From an uncultured virus (IMG/VR IMGVR_UViG_3300013137_000014) (taxonomy: Duplodnaviria; Heunggongvirae; Uroviricota; Caudoviricetes): a stretch of 64,000 nucleotides of DNA. The stretch lies in the IMG/VR virus record IMGVR_UViG_3300013137_000014; one strand, written 5' to 3'. Shown here in pieces: positions 29,433-39,645 of this stretch (the stretch's first letter is position 1; every line of letters starts with the position of its first letter). The notes beneath the pieces were generated by a model, which saw only the letters and a program-made list of their open reading frames with translations, searched no databases and was not told the DNA's origin. The position numbers and the translations under genes are program-made.

Positions 29433-30404
29433 ATGAAAGTATTTAAAGGATTTAATATTGAATATCCCTCTTATAGTGTTATTGCTCCTCAATCGGGGGA
29501 CACATTTGATGTAAGGTGTTTAACTGTTTCTGAAGTAAATGAATTAAAACATGCTGGAATTATACCATCAAGAGCATCAGCTGCATTAAATTCTGTAATT
29601 TGGAAGGCTATTAAATCGAAACCTGATCACATTAAAACATTTGAGGATTTTTTAAATTATGTAACTATTAATGATAGAGCATCTATTGTATATGGTATAT
29701 ATCATTCTACTTTTGGAGATATTAAAGAATTTTCTTTAACATGCTCTTCTTGTGGAAATACAACTCCTCCTAATATGAGATTTTCTTTAGATAAAATGGT
29801 TCGTTTTAATCCTTATCCTAAATCTCCTAATTTTCAATCCAGCCAAAAGATGGCCGAGGCAATTGAAGGAACAACGGAAGATCAAGAGGAATTCTTAAAA
29901 CAAGAAGGTGTAAAATATGTTGAGGATGATAACACTTTAATCAGTACCATTGAAAATAAAGCAAATAAAGAGGTAAAACAAGAAATACAAAACCAATTAG
30001 TGGATATATTATCTAAAAAAGTGGAAAAAACACTCCCTATATCTAAAATAAAAGTATATATTCAGCAACCTACTCTTAAAGATGAATCTGATTTATTTAA
30101 TAAGATGGCATTTAATAATTATGAGGAATTAGATCACGTTCTCCAAACATTGGTTATTAACAAATTTGCATATGATTCCCCTTCAGATGGATTAATTGTG
30201 GTAGATGGTAGAGATGATATCGTTACGGGATATGACTCTTTACCTCCTCAAGATAGAGATATTATTACGGATACTTATATGGAAGAATTTGGCAAATATA
30301 GAATTGATGTAGGTTCTAAATGGATTTGCAGAAATTGTCAAAATGAAAATAACTTTAATATAAATATTGTTCAACAATTTTTTCGATTGGTTCAATCGAA
30401 CTAA
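29433..30404 (+). CDS. baseplate hub/tail assembly chaperone (T4 gp26-like)
   Basis: VRCLTVSE, two CxxC pairs, near-terminal FF; position after the tube gene. Confidence 0.7.
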   Translation: MKVFKGFNIEYPSYSVIAPQSGDTFDVRCLTVSEVNELKHAGIIPSRASAALNSVIWKAIKSKPDHIKTFEDFLNYVTINDRASIVYGIYHSTFGDIKEFSLTCSSCGNTTPPNMRFSLDKMVRFNPYPKSPNFQSSQKMAEAIEGTTEDQEEFLKQEGVKYVEDDNTLISTIENKANKEVKQEIQNQLVDILSKKVEKTLPISKIKVYIQQPTLKDESDLFNKMAFNNYEELDHVLQTLVINKFAYDSPSDGLIVVDGRDDIVTGYDSLPPQDRDIITDTYMEEFGKYRIDVGSKWICRNCQNENNFNINIVQQFFRLVQSN

Positions 30405-30618
30405 AGAGATAGAAAATTCCAGACAAAATTTAGAAGAAAATATTTACAGTGCAATTGAAATATTCCATGTAGGGTATAATGATGTTTTAGGCATGCCATA
30501 TAATTCATTTCTTGGAATTCTAAAATGGAAATCAGATTTAGAAGAAGAGAGAAAGAAAAAAATGGAAGAAAAAATAAATGAAAATAAATCTAGACTTAGA
30601 AGATCTAGAAGAAGATAA
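30367..30618 (+). CDS. T4 gp51-like assembly chaperone ORF, probably expressed by frameshift
   Basis: YNDVLGMP...LEEERKK; only a TTG start without RBS; overlaps the upstream gene in the +1 frame. Confidence 0.6.
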   Translation: MFNNFFDWFNRTKEIENSRQNLEENIYSAIEIFHVGYNDVLGMPYNSFLGILKWKSDLEEERKKKMEEKINENKSRLRRSRRR

Positions 30619-30690
30619 AAATTATTTAAAATGATTAAAAGGACAAATTAGAGAATATTTAAATCTACTCTAAATATAAGGATTAATGCA

Positions 30691-31110
30691 TTGGAAAAAA
30701 ATCCAACCACTTTACTAAATAATATTCCATATGTTAGGGATAAATTATTTGACATAGATAATTATTCTTCGGCTACAGGAGATTTTATTACTTTAGAAGG
30801 TACTGCAGTTATAATTAAAAGAATAATGCATCAACTTTTAATTAAAAAGGGTACTTATATATTTGATCCTGAACTAGGGGAGGATATATTGCAGTATTTA
30901 TTTGAGCCTTTAGATACTATTACATATACAAATATACAGAGAACAGTAAATGAAGTTGTAAATCAAAATAAAGGCAATGTAGATGTTAAAGGAGAGGTTT
31001 TAGCATTTCCAAATAAAAAGGGATTCAGAGTTAATATAACTGTAAATTCGGAAAATAAAATTAAGAAAGTAAGTATTGATGTTGATGAATCATTATTAAG
31101 GGAAAACTAA
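30691..31110 (+). CDS. gp25-like baseplate wedge/sheath initiator
   Basis: L..KGTYIFDPELG..I..YLFEP. Confidence 0.85.
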   Translation: MEKNPTTLLNNIPYVRDKLFDIDNYSSATGDFITLEGTAVIIKRIMHQLLIKKGTYIFDPELGEDILQYLFEPLDTITYTNIQRTVNEVVNQNKGNVDVKGEVLAFPNKKGFRVNITVNSENKIKKVSIDVDESLLREN

Positions 31111-31112
31111 TT

Positions 31113-31796
31113 ATGGGTTTATCTCAGCCTTGGATGAGGAATTATAATTATTTAAGTGATTATTTTTATACACTTTATAGATACTATCAAGAAGCAAACC
31201 GTACGTATCCAATAAGTTATTATTCTATAGATAGAGATAATACAATTTGGGATAATATTAAGATAATGGGTGGGGCATATGAAAAAGCTGGTGTTGGAGA
31301 ATTATCTGGTGTGGTATGGAAGAAGATAATGATGTTCCCCGTTTTTAGTTCTGAACAAATTACACCTGAGAGTAATAGCGATGAAAAAGGACTAACATTA
31401 TATGATTCATTATCTTCTTCCATTGCCTTCCCTGCCTCATATGGACTTAAACCAATGGAAGGAGATGCTGTAGATTTAAATTATGCTTTTGCATATGATA
31501 CACCTAAAATAAATCCTATTTTTGTGGTCACCAGTGTTGATTCATCACATCATGGGGTTTACCATCAAATATATAAATGTACATTAAAAATAGCTCCTTT
31601 TGATATAAGTGAAATTGAACAGCAGATTTCATCAATCTATTTATTTATGGAATCATTAACTAAAATAGTTGATATTAATAAAGCAAAATTATTAATTAAA
31701 TTGGAACAAAAAGCAGGAGAGTTATCTACAAGACTTAATACTAGTTTATTTAATAATTCAACCGGTTTTTATCTGGTTAATTCTGGAGATTTATGA
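31113..31796 (+). CDS. putative virion structural protein (neck/connector?)
   Basis: Position in the structural operon; P.EGD.V motif. Confidence 0.45.
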   Translation: MGLSQPWMRNYNYLSDYFYTLYRYYQEANRTYPISYYSIDRDNTIWDNIKIMGGAYEKAGVGELSGVVWKKIMMFPVFSSEQITPESNSDEKGLTLYDSLSSSIAFPASYGLKPMEGDAVDLNYAFAYDTPKINPIFVVTSVDSSHHGVYHQIYKCTLKIAPFDISEIEQQISSIYLFMESLTKIVDINKAKLLIKLEQKAGELSTRLNTSLFNNSTGFYLVNSGDL

Positions 31797-31797
31797 T

Positions 31798-32796
31798 ATG
31801 AGTTATGTTATTGTGGAGAATTATGTAGATTTTTTAGATAAAGGTGTTATTGCTTTATTAGAACAAACTACAGAAGATATAAAGAAAGAAATTGATTATT
31901 CTAAAGTAGATGAATTTAAAAAGAAAAAACAGCAGATATTTAATATTGTTAAAAAGGAAGGGGTATTAAAGAAGAAGCATTTAAGAGAAGTTAGAACTCT
32001 AGCTAAAATTGAGGCCAAAAAACTCTTTGAAAGAATTAAAGACAAAAAGGAAATAAAAAAAGAAGATATCAATTCAGAGGAAATTTCTCATAAGTTCTAT
32101 AATATTATAATGAATATAGATTTCAATCGTGTTTCTAAAAGAATTTTAGGAACCATAATAATGGCAACTATTGCTAGTTTAGTAATTGCATTTTTAGAAA
32201 TATATACTACAGTTTTTATATCTATGCTGTTTAAATTGGGACTGTCAGCCTTACATAATATACCTGCATTAGGTTCAACTATTACAGTATTATCAGTTTT
32301 TTTAGAACCCTTAACTTTATTAACTTCCTGGTATTTAAATGCTTTTGTTAAAGAATTATTTAATTATATTGCAATTTGCAAACATTATACTGTGGAATAT
32401 GCAACTATTTTTGGAGTAGTTGATTCTGTTCGGCTTATTTTGATTGGTTCTCATGCTATGTTTTTACAATCTTTACCTCTACTACAAAAAGCAGCATTTG
32501 TGGTAGGTAATGTCTTAGTAAGGTATATGAATACTTTTCTTCAATATATAACTTCTTGGTTTGCCTCAGGAAGTATAGGAATTATATTATCAACTTATAT
32601 TTCAATGGTATCAGAAGTTTTAATGCCTGCTCTATTTAGAGGGGAACCCTCTAAAAATGTAGGTAGTATTTATGATAAAGCAGTAAAAACTTTAATTCTA
32701 AAGAGTCCTCAATTAATTAATACAGTTAAGTTAGATCCCATATTAAAGGCTTTAAGTATGGGTCAAATACAGCCCATGTTTAATTTAGCTAGATAA
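31798..32796 (+). CDS. multi-pass membrane protein within the structural operon
   Basis: Several hydrophobic segments after a charged N-terminus. Confidence 0.6.
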   Translation: MSYVIVENYVDFLDKGVIALLEQTTEDIKKEIDYSKVDEFKKKKQQIFNIVKKEGVLKKKHLREVRTLAKIEAKKLFERIKDKKEIKKEDINSEEISHKFYNIIMNIDFNRVSKRILGTIIMATIASLVIAFLEIYTTVFISMLFKLGLSALHNIPALGSTITVLSVFLEPLTLLTSWYLNAFVKELFNYIAICKHYTVEYATIFGVVDSVRLILIGSHAMFLQSLPLLQKAAFVVGNVLVRYMNTFLQYITSWFASGSIGIILSTYISMVSEVLMPALFRGEPSKNVGSIYDKAVKTLILKSPQLINTVKLDPILKALSMGQIQPMFNLAR

Positions 32797-32811
32797 TCGG
32801 AGGTAATACCG

Positions 32812-35469
32812 GTGTTGTTCGATAATAATATAGAAATATTTTCCTCCAGAGATAAAATTAGAGATCAAATGATTGAATTTGCAAAATCTGAATTATCTCT
32901 AGAAAACTTTGATTTTAATAAAACCAGTTTTTTGTCCTATATTATTAATATATTGAGTGTATTGAGTGCTAACCACATTTACCACAATAGTAATGTATGG
33001 AAGCAATTTTTTTTAGTTAGTGCTGATCAAAAAGAATCTGTCTTAAATATTAGTGCTATGCTAGGATATGAACCCAACTTTGCACAACCCTCATATTCAA
33101 CAGTATTAATGACTATACCTTTAGATTTTATTGTAGATAGTAATAATATAACCTTTAAACTATATGGTAGTACTAATTTAGAAAATAAAATAGCTTTTAG
33201 ATTCTATGCTAAAGATGTTATATTTAGTCTTTTAAATTCTATCGAAGTAACGGTGACAAAAACAACTAGTACCACATATTCTGCTGTAGTTAAAGAGATT
33301 TATACGAAAGGTGATATTATTAGTTCTAGTGATATATTTGGATTATTACCTTATGAAATATTGACTACAGATAATGGTAAATCATTAAGATTCTTAGTAA
33401 AGGTGGCTCAATTATATAAATTAACAGGAGACCAAACCTCTTTCAATATACCAGCATTAAAACCATATGAGTTTTATATTAAAGATATTGATTTTAATTC
33501 TGGTCAAATTTCTAATGTGGAAATTATTACTGTTAATCAAAAATTAAAAACTTTATTAACTACAGGAAATATAAACACCACTATTCAGCCAAGAATTTGG
33601 GAAAGATATTCAAATATACCATTAATTCCTGAAAATAAATATGGTTATGTTATAAGAAATACTTCTAGAGGTATACGTATATACTTTGGCAATGGTTTAT
33701 ATGGAAGGCAACCTGTTGAAGGTGATGAGTGTGATATAACCTTGCATTTAACAGATGGCTCTTCAGGAAATGTAGTTTCTGGTACAATAATTAAATCAGA
33801 TAGTTTTTCGGTTTTAGATAATACAAAACTTAAACAAATTACTCCTGATATTGTAAATCCTGAACCATCTTATGGAGGAATGGATAATCCAACAATCGAT
33901 GAAATTAAATCAAATGCAATCATTCATGTTAAATCTGGAAGTAGATTAGTCACAAAAGACGATTATGATAGTTTTGGCAAAATTGCCGTTGATTTACCAG
34001 TTTCTACTACAGTACATGTTTTAAAAAGAAGTGATTTAAAAAGAAATGAAATTTGCTTGTTTACTGATCTTATTTATAATAATACTGTTGATAATTCTTC
34101 TTATGTGGTTCCAACCAGAAATGCATTGTGGGATTTGGATACTACTTCAGGATCTGTTTATACCATTCGGAATGATGATACTATTACAATTGATAGTGAA
34201 AATTATACTAGTCTATTTAATATTCAAATATATCCAGATATTTTAAGTACCAGATATTATTATACGGCAGATGATGTTGAATATCCAGTTGTAATTTCTA
34301 GAAGTCAAACAAGTGATACTAAAATAGTTCCTACTTATGCTAAATTTTATGTGGATAAAGCAGATAATCCAAGTAATGATAAATCTTATTTTGAATTATA
34401 TTATAATAAGGTAATAGAAGGGGATTTGCCTACACTAAGTTGTCAAGTAGAAGTACCTTGGTCAGGAAAATCTTATGATATGCCACATTCTGTTTCATCA
34501 AGTAAATTTTACTTAGATTTTGAAGATTATATAACAATACAGGAAATAACAGAAGGAGAGCAACAATATAAATTTACCATTTATGATACTTCTGGAAGTA
34601 CACCAACTATTATTAATATTTGTTATGTTAATGCTACAGCAGTAAAAGATTTAGATGAATTTATGTATAGTCAGGTTAGATATGCAACAGATAGTACAGA
34701 AAATTATTTAATATATGATGTTCCTGTTATTAAAACAGATTATTATGATAGAATCGATCAAAGCAAATTTAATTATTATGTTCTAAATAAAATAGTTAAT
34801 TTTGATCCCACTAAGTATAGAATGCTAACTGATTTTATAAATCTTAAATTTGCCAACACTACAGGAGAAATGCATAATATGCAATTAAATCCTGTAGATA
34901 GAGATCCTGTAATAAATATTAATGTTGAAGAGGAACCTCTATTTCCTGTTCAAGGAGATAGATATGCTATTTCCAATGATGATAATCCTTGGAATAGAGA
35001 AGGTGGTTTTATTGCAACAGCCTCTGATTATACGCCTTCTGGATGGTTGTTTGAAACTTTAAAAGTTAATGATATGTTTTATGTGGTAAATTTAGGAAAG
35101 TATAGGGTATATAATGGTTCTGAATTTATTGAACCAGTGCAAAATATACCAATTGATATTAAAATTGTAGCTTGGATGGATTCTAGTTATAGTGGATCTG
35201 ATGCAGGACTAATTGAAAAAATAAAAAATACTTTGGTTGATACATTATATTCTAATTTTGGTTATAATAAAACATTACTTATCTCGGAAATAACTAGAAT
35301 AGTTAAAGAGATTGATGGAGTATCTAACTGTAAAGTATTAAAACCAGAAATTGATATTCAATTTAAGTATGAAGTTGAAGATTTATCTGAAGATGAATTA
35401 TTAACATATACACCAGAATTAACTTATTTTGATACTAACTCAATTGAAGTAGAATTAAGGGTCCAGTGA
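32812..35469 (+). CDS. baseplate wedge protein (T4 gp6/BaseplateJ-like)
   Basis: SA...ESV...S.MLGY.P, IYFGNGLYG..P, GG.D..TIDEIK, RLVTKDDY. Confidence 0.88.
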   Translation: MLFDNNIEIFSSRDKIRDQMIEFAKSELSLENFDFNKTSFLSYIINILSVLSANHIYHNSNVWKQFFLVSADQKESVLNISAMLGYEPNFAQPSYSTVLMTIPLDFIVDSNNITFKLYGSTNLENKIAFRFYAKDVIFSLLNSIEVTVTKTTSTTYSAVVKEIYTKGDIISSSDIFGLLPYEILTTDNGKSLRFLVKVAQLYKLTGDQTSFNIPALKPYEFYIKDIDFNSGQISNVEIITVNQKLKTLLTTGNINTTIQPRIWERYSNIPLIPENKYGYVIRNTSRGIRIYFGNGLYGRQPVEGDECDITLHLTDGSSGNVVSGTIIKSDSFSVLDNTKLKQITPDIVNPEPSYGGMDNPTIDEIKSNAIIHVKSGSRLVTKDDYDSFGKIAVDLPVSTTVHVLKRSDLKRNEICLFTDLIYNNTVDNSSYVVPTRNALWDLDTTSGSVYTIRNDDTITIDSENYTSLFNIQIYPDILSTRYYYTADDVEYPVVISRSQTSDTKIVPTYAKFYVDKADNPSNDKSYFELYYNKVIEGDLPTLSCQVEVPWSGKSYDMPHSVSSSKFYLDFEDYITIQEITEGEQQYKFTIYDTSGSTPTIINICYVNATAVKDLDEFMYSQVRYATDSTENYLIYDVPVIKTDYYDRIDQSKFNYYVLNKIVNFDPTKYRMLTDFINLKFANTTGEMHNMQLNPVDRDPVININVEEEPLFPVQGDRYAISNDDNPWNREGGFIATASDYTPSGWLFETLKVNDMFYVVNLGKYRVYNGSEFIEPVQNIPIDIKIVAWMDSSYSGSDAGLIEKIKNTLVDTLYSNFGYNKTLLISEITRIVKEIDGVSNCKVLKPEIDIQFKYEVEDLSEDELLTYTPELTYFDTNSIEVELRVQ

Positions 35470-35470
35470 A

Positions 35471-36610
35471 GTGTTAGATAATGTAAAGATAATCAAAAAT
35501 AATATATCGGATCGTATGCGTGTTGTCCGTTTTATCTCCACTGTTATAGGTCGAGAATTATTTAATATAACTAGAGGTTGTTATTATTTAAAAAATGTGA
35601 AGTATGATAAAGAATTGGAAAACGTAACAGGGGTAAATGATATAATTATAAAGCAATTTAAGAAAAGTATGCCTGAGGAATTCTTATATATTTCACCTGA
35701 GGGAAAAAAAGGTCGTGCTATATTAACAGATAAACGAAATTTGGGTATTATTTATAATCTTATATCATATCTTAAAAATAAAGATTATGAGATGGCATTA
35801 CTGTTTTCTAATTATTTAGCTTTGAGATTTTATGGTAACGTAATTCATTTATATATGAAAGAATATTGTAATGCTCAAATATGGGCCTTAGCCATGGATA
35901 AAGTATCTCCAAGGCATGTTTTTAAAATAAAATCTGGAATTTCTAATTCTCTAATTTATTTTTCGGAAGAAGAATTTAAAAAATTAAAGTTGAAATTTAT
36001 TGAATTAAACAAAAAATTAGATCAGAAATCAGAGGCGCAAATATGGGATGTCATTAATAAATATGTTTATGCATTGAGACATCGAATAAATCAATCATTT
36101 AAGGCATTCGCTAATATTTACCATGATTTAATAAAGGATGAAAATATAATTGTAAAAGTAGATACAGAAGAGGAAGAAGGAGGTGAGCAATCAGAAATAC
36201 AAGATTCTTATATTGATAAAATAACTAATTCAATTTGCACTTATAGGGAAGTAGATAAAACGTCTTTATCTGAAGCTATAAAGAAAAGTGGTATAAGAGG
36301 AGAACTGGGAATTTATATTATAAATAAAATTAGTGATGTTAATATTCATGAAGATATTAAATTTATAATAATGCTACTAAATAAAATTATACCATTAAAA
36401 TCTATTTGTCAAGAAAAGAACAAAAATTTTTTGATAAGAAAAATAATTTTAAATTCTAATATTATGAATAAATATTTTATTAAAAATATTATTCTTGATT
36501 TGATTAAAAGAGTGGATGATAATTATTATCTTACTACAATTAATGAATCTCAATTAGTAGTATTTTTTGCTAATTATATTGTTCTTTATATCAAAAATAG
36601 AATTTGTTAG
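35471..36610 (+). CDS. hypothetical protein
   Basis: 379-aa ORF. Confidence 0.7.
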   Translation: MLDNVKIIKNNISDRMRVVRFISTVIGRELFNITRGCYYLKNVKYDKELENVTGVNDIIIKQFKKSMPEEFLYISPEGKKGRAILTDKRNLGIIYNLISYLKNKDYEMALLFSNYLALRFYGNVIHLYMKEYCNAQIWALAMDKVSPRHVFKIKSGISNSLIYFSEEEFKKLKLKFIELNKKLDQKSEAQIWDVINKYVYALRHRINQSFKAFANIYHDLIKDENIIVKVDTEEEEGGEQSEIQDSYIDKITNSICTYREVDKTSLSEAIKKSGIRGELGIYIINKISDVNIHEDIKFIIMLLNKIIPLKSICQEKNKNFLIRKIILNSNIMNKYFIKNIILDLIKRVDDNYYLTTINESQLVVFFANYIVLYIKNRIC

Positions 36611-36647
36611 TTAACGAATGTTTATATTTTAAAAAAAGGATTCATTA

Positions 36648-37838
36648 ATGAAAAAAAACTATATAATTGACACTAGTGTATTATTAGATGATCCGGCATG
36701 TATGGAAGTTTTAAGAAACGGAGAGGAAAATGAAATATATATTCCATATACGGTAATATTAGAATTAAATGGATTAAAAAAAGATAAAAGACTATATGAT
36801 AGTATATCAAGAACTATAGAAAAAATGGAAGAAAACGATTTTCTACATTTTCTTCCTGCAATAAGTAACGGTGATAAAAAAGATTTTGGTGATTTAAAAA
36901 TAATTGAAGAAGTACAAAAATCTAGTATAAATGATCCCATCATTATAACTAATGATAGATTGTTTAGAATATTATGTAGAAATCACCACATTAAAAGTGA
37001 GCAATATCAAGAATCTGTTCCATATCAGTCTGAATCACAGTTATATACAGGTTTTGCGGAAAGGCAAGATTATCTTCATCCTAACTCTTTTTATTGGGAG
37101 GAAGGAAAACCTTTCAGAAATATGCCAGATAATACTACTAAGTGTATATGTTATGAAAATAAACCATGGGGTATAGTTCCTTTAAATATTTATCAAAATT
37201 TAGCGTTAGATTTGTTATGTGATGATAATGTAAGTTTAGTATCTATCCAATCGAAAGCTGGTTATGGTAAAAGCTATATTACACTAGCTACTGCCATGCA
37301 AAAAACTATTCAAGAAAAAAAGTATGAAAAAATATATCTGATTAAACCAACAATTGAGATTGGTGATTCTTTAGGTTTTCTTCCTGGAACAATTGAAGAA
37401 AAAATAGATCCTTATGTTAGATATTTGAGAAATTTAATATATAAATTACATCAAAGTCGTGGAAGTAAATGTGGAAGAATATTTTTAGATGAATCAAATC
37501 TAACCAAGTTAAGATTAAATCCTGATTTTTTCGAAATTCTTCCAATTGCCTACATGAGGGGAATGAATATTGATAATGCTTTTATTATAATTGATGAGTG
37601 CCAAAATCTTTCTCGTATTGAAACAAGATCAGTTTTAACTAGAATTGGTAGTAATTCAAAATGTGTTGTACTTGGAGATGTTGAGCAAATTGATAATAGA
37701 TATTTAAACAAATTTAATAATGGATTAAATTGGATTGTTAAGTGTCTTTTAGGTGAAAAACATTATGGACATATGGTTTTGCAAGGAGAAAAATCTAGAG
37801 GTCCTATATGTGATATGGTATTGAGAAAAGGTTTGTGA
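36648..37838 (+). CDS. phoH: PIN-PhoH (PhoH2-type) protein
   Basis: PIN motifs IDTSVLL..TND; Walker A AGYGKS; LGFLPG, YMRG, IIDECQN, GD..QID. Confidence 0.92.
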   Translation: MKKNYIIDTSVLLDDPACMEVLRNGEENEIYIPYTVILELNGLKKDKRLYDSISRTIEKMEENDFLHFLPAISNGDKKDFGDLKIIEEVQKSSINDPIIITNDRLFRILCRNHHIKSEQYQESVPYQSESQLYTGFAERQDYLHPNSFYWEEGKPFRNMPDNTTKCICYENKPWGIVPLNIYQNLALDLLCDDNVSLVSIQSKAGYGKSYITLATAMQKTIQEKKYEKIYLIKPTIEIGDSLGFLPGTIEEKIDPYVRYLRNLIYKLHQSRGSKCGRIFLDESNLTKLRLNPDFFEILPIAYMRGMNIDNAFIIIDECQNLSRIETRSVLTRIGSNSKCVVLGDVEQIDNRYLNKFNNGLNWIVKCLLGEKHYGHMVLQGEKSRGPICDMVLRKGL

Positions 37839-37910
37839 TATATTATATATATTAAAAACTAGATAAGAATATTTAAAAATTTTTTTAAGGAGAGGTTCTT
37901 TGAAAATATT

Positions 37911-38534
37911 ATGGATGAGCAAGAGATGCGGTTTATTGAGGATGAAGAGAGAATGAAAAAGGAAGAAGAGAGGGTAAGAGAGGAGGAAATACTGTTGTAT
38001 ATGAATGAAAAAGATAATTTGGAAACAACATATTTCAAAAGAAATCTGTCTTCGTTATTAAACAGGTTGTGTGATACTTCCCAATTTCCACTCATAATTA
38101 CAGGAGTGGACAAGAGTAATATCACAATCTGTGACTATCATCTAAAGAATGTAACATTTATAACGTGCAATTTTATAGATGTATCATTCTTAAATATGTA
38201 TTTCACTAATGTTTTCTTTAAAGATTGTAGGTTGAACAGAGTTAATTTTAATTATTCTCAAGGGATAACTCATTTGCAGTTTGCAAATTGTGAACTGCAG
38301 GATCTAATTTTCCCATTTTGTGCCCCATGGGATTCCGGAGATTATATTTTATATTGGTTGAAAAATCAAAAGGAAGGAGAAGAATTGGTAAATGAGTGCC
38401 AAATATTGAAGGGAAGAAATGGAGAGGACTCCATCATTACCGGTATCTGCCAGATGAAAAGCAAGTACCGGGATAAATTGATCAATCTGGTAAGAGATTC
38501 TCATGGAGAATCTCTACCATTTTGGGTGGAGTAG
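37911..38534 (+). CDS. protein with a short pentapeptide-like beta-helix
   Basis: VTF..CNF..VSF....F..VFF..C.L..VNF periodicity. Confidence 0.6.
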   Translation: MDEQEMRFIEDEERMKKEEERVREEEILLYMNEKDNLETTYFKRNLSSLLNRLCDTSQFPLIITGVDKSNITICDYHLKNVTFITCNFIDVSFLNMYFTNVFFKDCRLNRVNFNYSQGITHLQFANCELQDLIFPFCAPWDSGDYILYWLKNQKEGEELVNECQILKGRNGEDSIITGICQMKSKYRDKLINLVRDSHGESLPFWVE

Positions 38535-38545
38535 TGATTTAAAAA

Positions 38546-38618
38546 GGGCCTGTAGCTCAGAGGATAGAGCATCTGATTTCTAATCAGAGAGTCGTGTGTT
38601 CGAGTCACACCAGGCCTA
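38546..38618 (+). tRNA. tRNA-Arg(UCU), CCA not encoded
   Basis: Acceptor GGGCCTG/CAGGCCT, anticodon arm TCTGA-TTTCTAA-TCAGA, T-arm GTGTG-TTCGAGT-CACAC. Confidence 0.95.
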
Positions 38619-38647
38619 ATTTTTCATCCAATACTAAGGAGATAACT

Positions 38648-38911
38648 ATGAATTATCATGCCCCAATTTCTATAAAAAAAGAAGAGGAAGATTCCTTTGT
38701 TGATTATTCTGTTGTAAATGTAAAAGATAAATGGATTCAGGTTGATGATATAGCATTTTCAGTTTCTGAATTATCCCATGTTGTTGGTAGGGAATCACCA
38801 AAAGTTTTTACAGAATCACGTTATACTACAGAATTACATTTTAAGAATGGGAATATGTTTGAAGTACACATGCCGTTAGACTCATTTCTAAATAAGTTAG
38901 AAAAAATATAA
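38648..38911 (+). CDS. hypothetical protein
   Basis: AAGGAG RBS before ATG 38648; the track start at 38594 lies inside the tRNA. Confidence 0.7.
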   Translation: MNYHAPISIKKEEEDSFVDYSVVNVKDKWIQVDDIAFSVSELSHVVGRESPKVFTESRYTTELHFKNGNMFEVHMPLDSFLNKLEKI

Positions 38912-39095
38912 AAAAGGCCGGTACGTGTAACATGTGTAAATTCTTTTCGTGTTTAACAGATATAACGGGAAAAAATATTAAATATTTCACACCTGAAAAG
39001 GAAATTAATTAAGGAACGTAAAAAGGGTGTGTAAAAATAACATAGTTAAAGATTAGTATATTATGGTAAGTTATTGAATTTATTAAACTTAAAAA

Positions 39096-39112
39096 TTGGC
39101 ATGAATATTGTT
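39096..39112 (+). promoter_or_regulatory. sigma54-like -24/-12 element (TTGGCATGAATATTGT)
   Basis: GG-N10-GT, one mismatch from GG-N10-GC; IHF-like TAAGTTATTGAAT about 30 bp upstream. Confidence 0.5.
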
Positions 39113-39156
39113 ATATAATTTTATAAATAATCTTTTTAAAAAAAAGGAGTAACGCA

Positions 39157-39591
39157 ATGCAATATTTTAACGAATCACCATCATACGACATAATTGATGT
39201 GGCTAGTAGTTTACTAGGTAATTGGAATATTATGGATGTTATTGATCAAAACAAAGAGTTTTTCTTAAAAGAAGAATTGTTGGATTTTCCTGTTAAACGT
39301 AGAAGTTATCGGAGTTACTTTGAGGATGATAATTACGTTTTAGAAATGGAAGTTCCAGGATATTCAAAAGAGGATATATTAGTTAGTATATTTAATAATG
39401 TATTAACGATTAAATCAAAAGAAAAAAGTAAGGAAGATTCAAAATCAAACTTTAGAGGTTTTGAGTATTCTCTTACTTTAAATTCCAAATTAGAAGTTGA
39501 GAAGACACAATGTTTTGTTAAAGATGGAATCTTAAAAATTATAATACCAAAGTTAGAAAAGAAAAAGTCTTTAGAGATTCCAATTCAATAA
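39157..39591 (+). CDS. small heat-shock protein (Hsp20/alpha-crystallin)
   Basis: YVLEMEVPGYSKEDI.V....NVLTI, DGILKIIIPK. Confidence 0.92.
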   Translation: MQYFNESPSYDIIDVASSLLGNWNIMDVIDQNKEFFLKEELLDFPVKRRSYRSYFEDDNYVLEMEVPGYSKEDILVSIFNNVLTIKSKEKSKEDSKSNFRGFEYSLTLNSKLEVEKTQCFVKDGILKIIIPKLEKKKSLEIPIQ

Positions 39592-39610
39592 TGATATTTT
39601 AAAACACAAA

Positions 39611-39645
39611 AGAGGAGAATAATTTAAAGTTATTCTCCTCTTTCC
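39611..39645 (+). terminator. hairpin after hsp20
   Basis: AGAGGAGAATAA / TTATTCTCCTCT. Confidence 0.7.
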
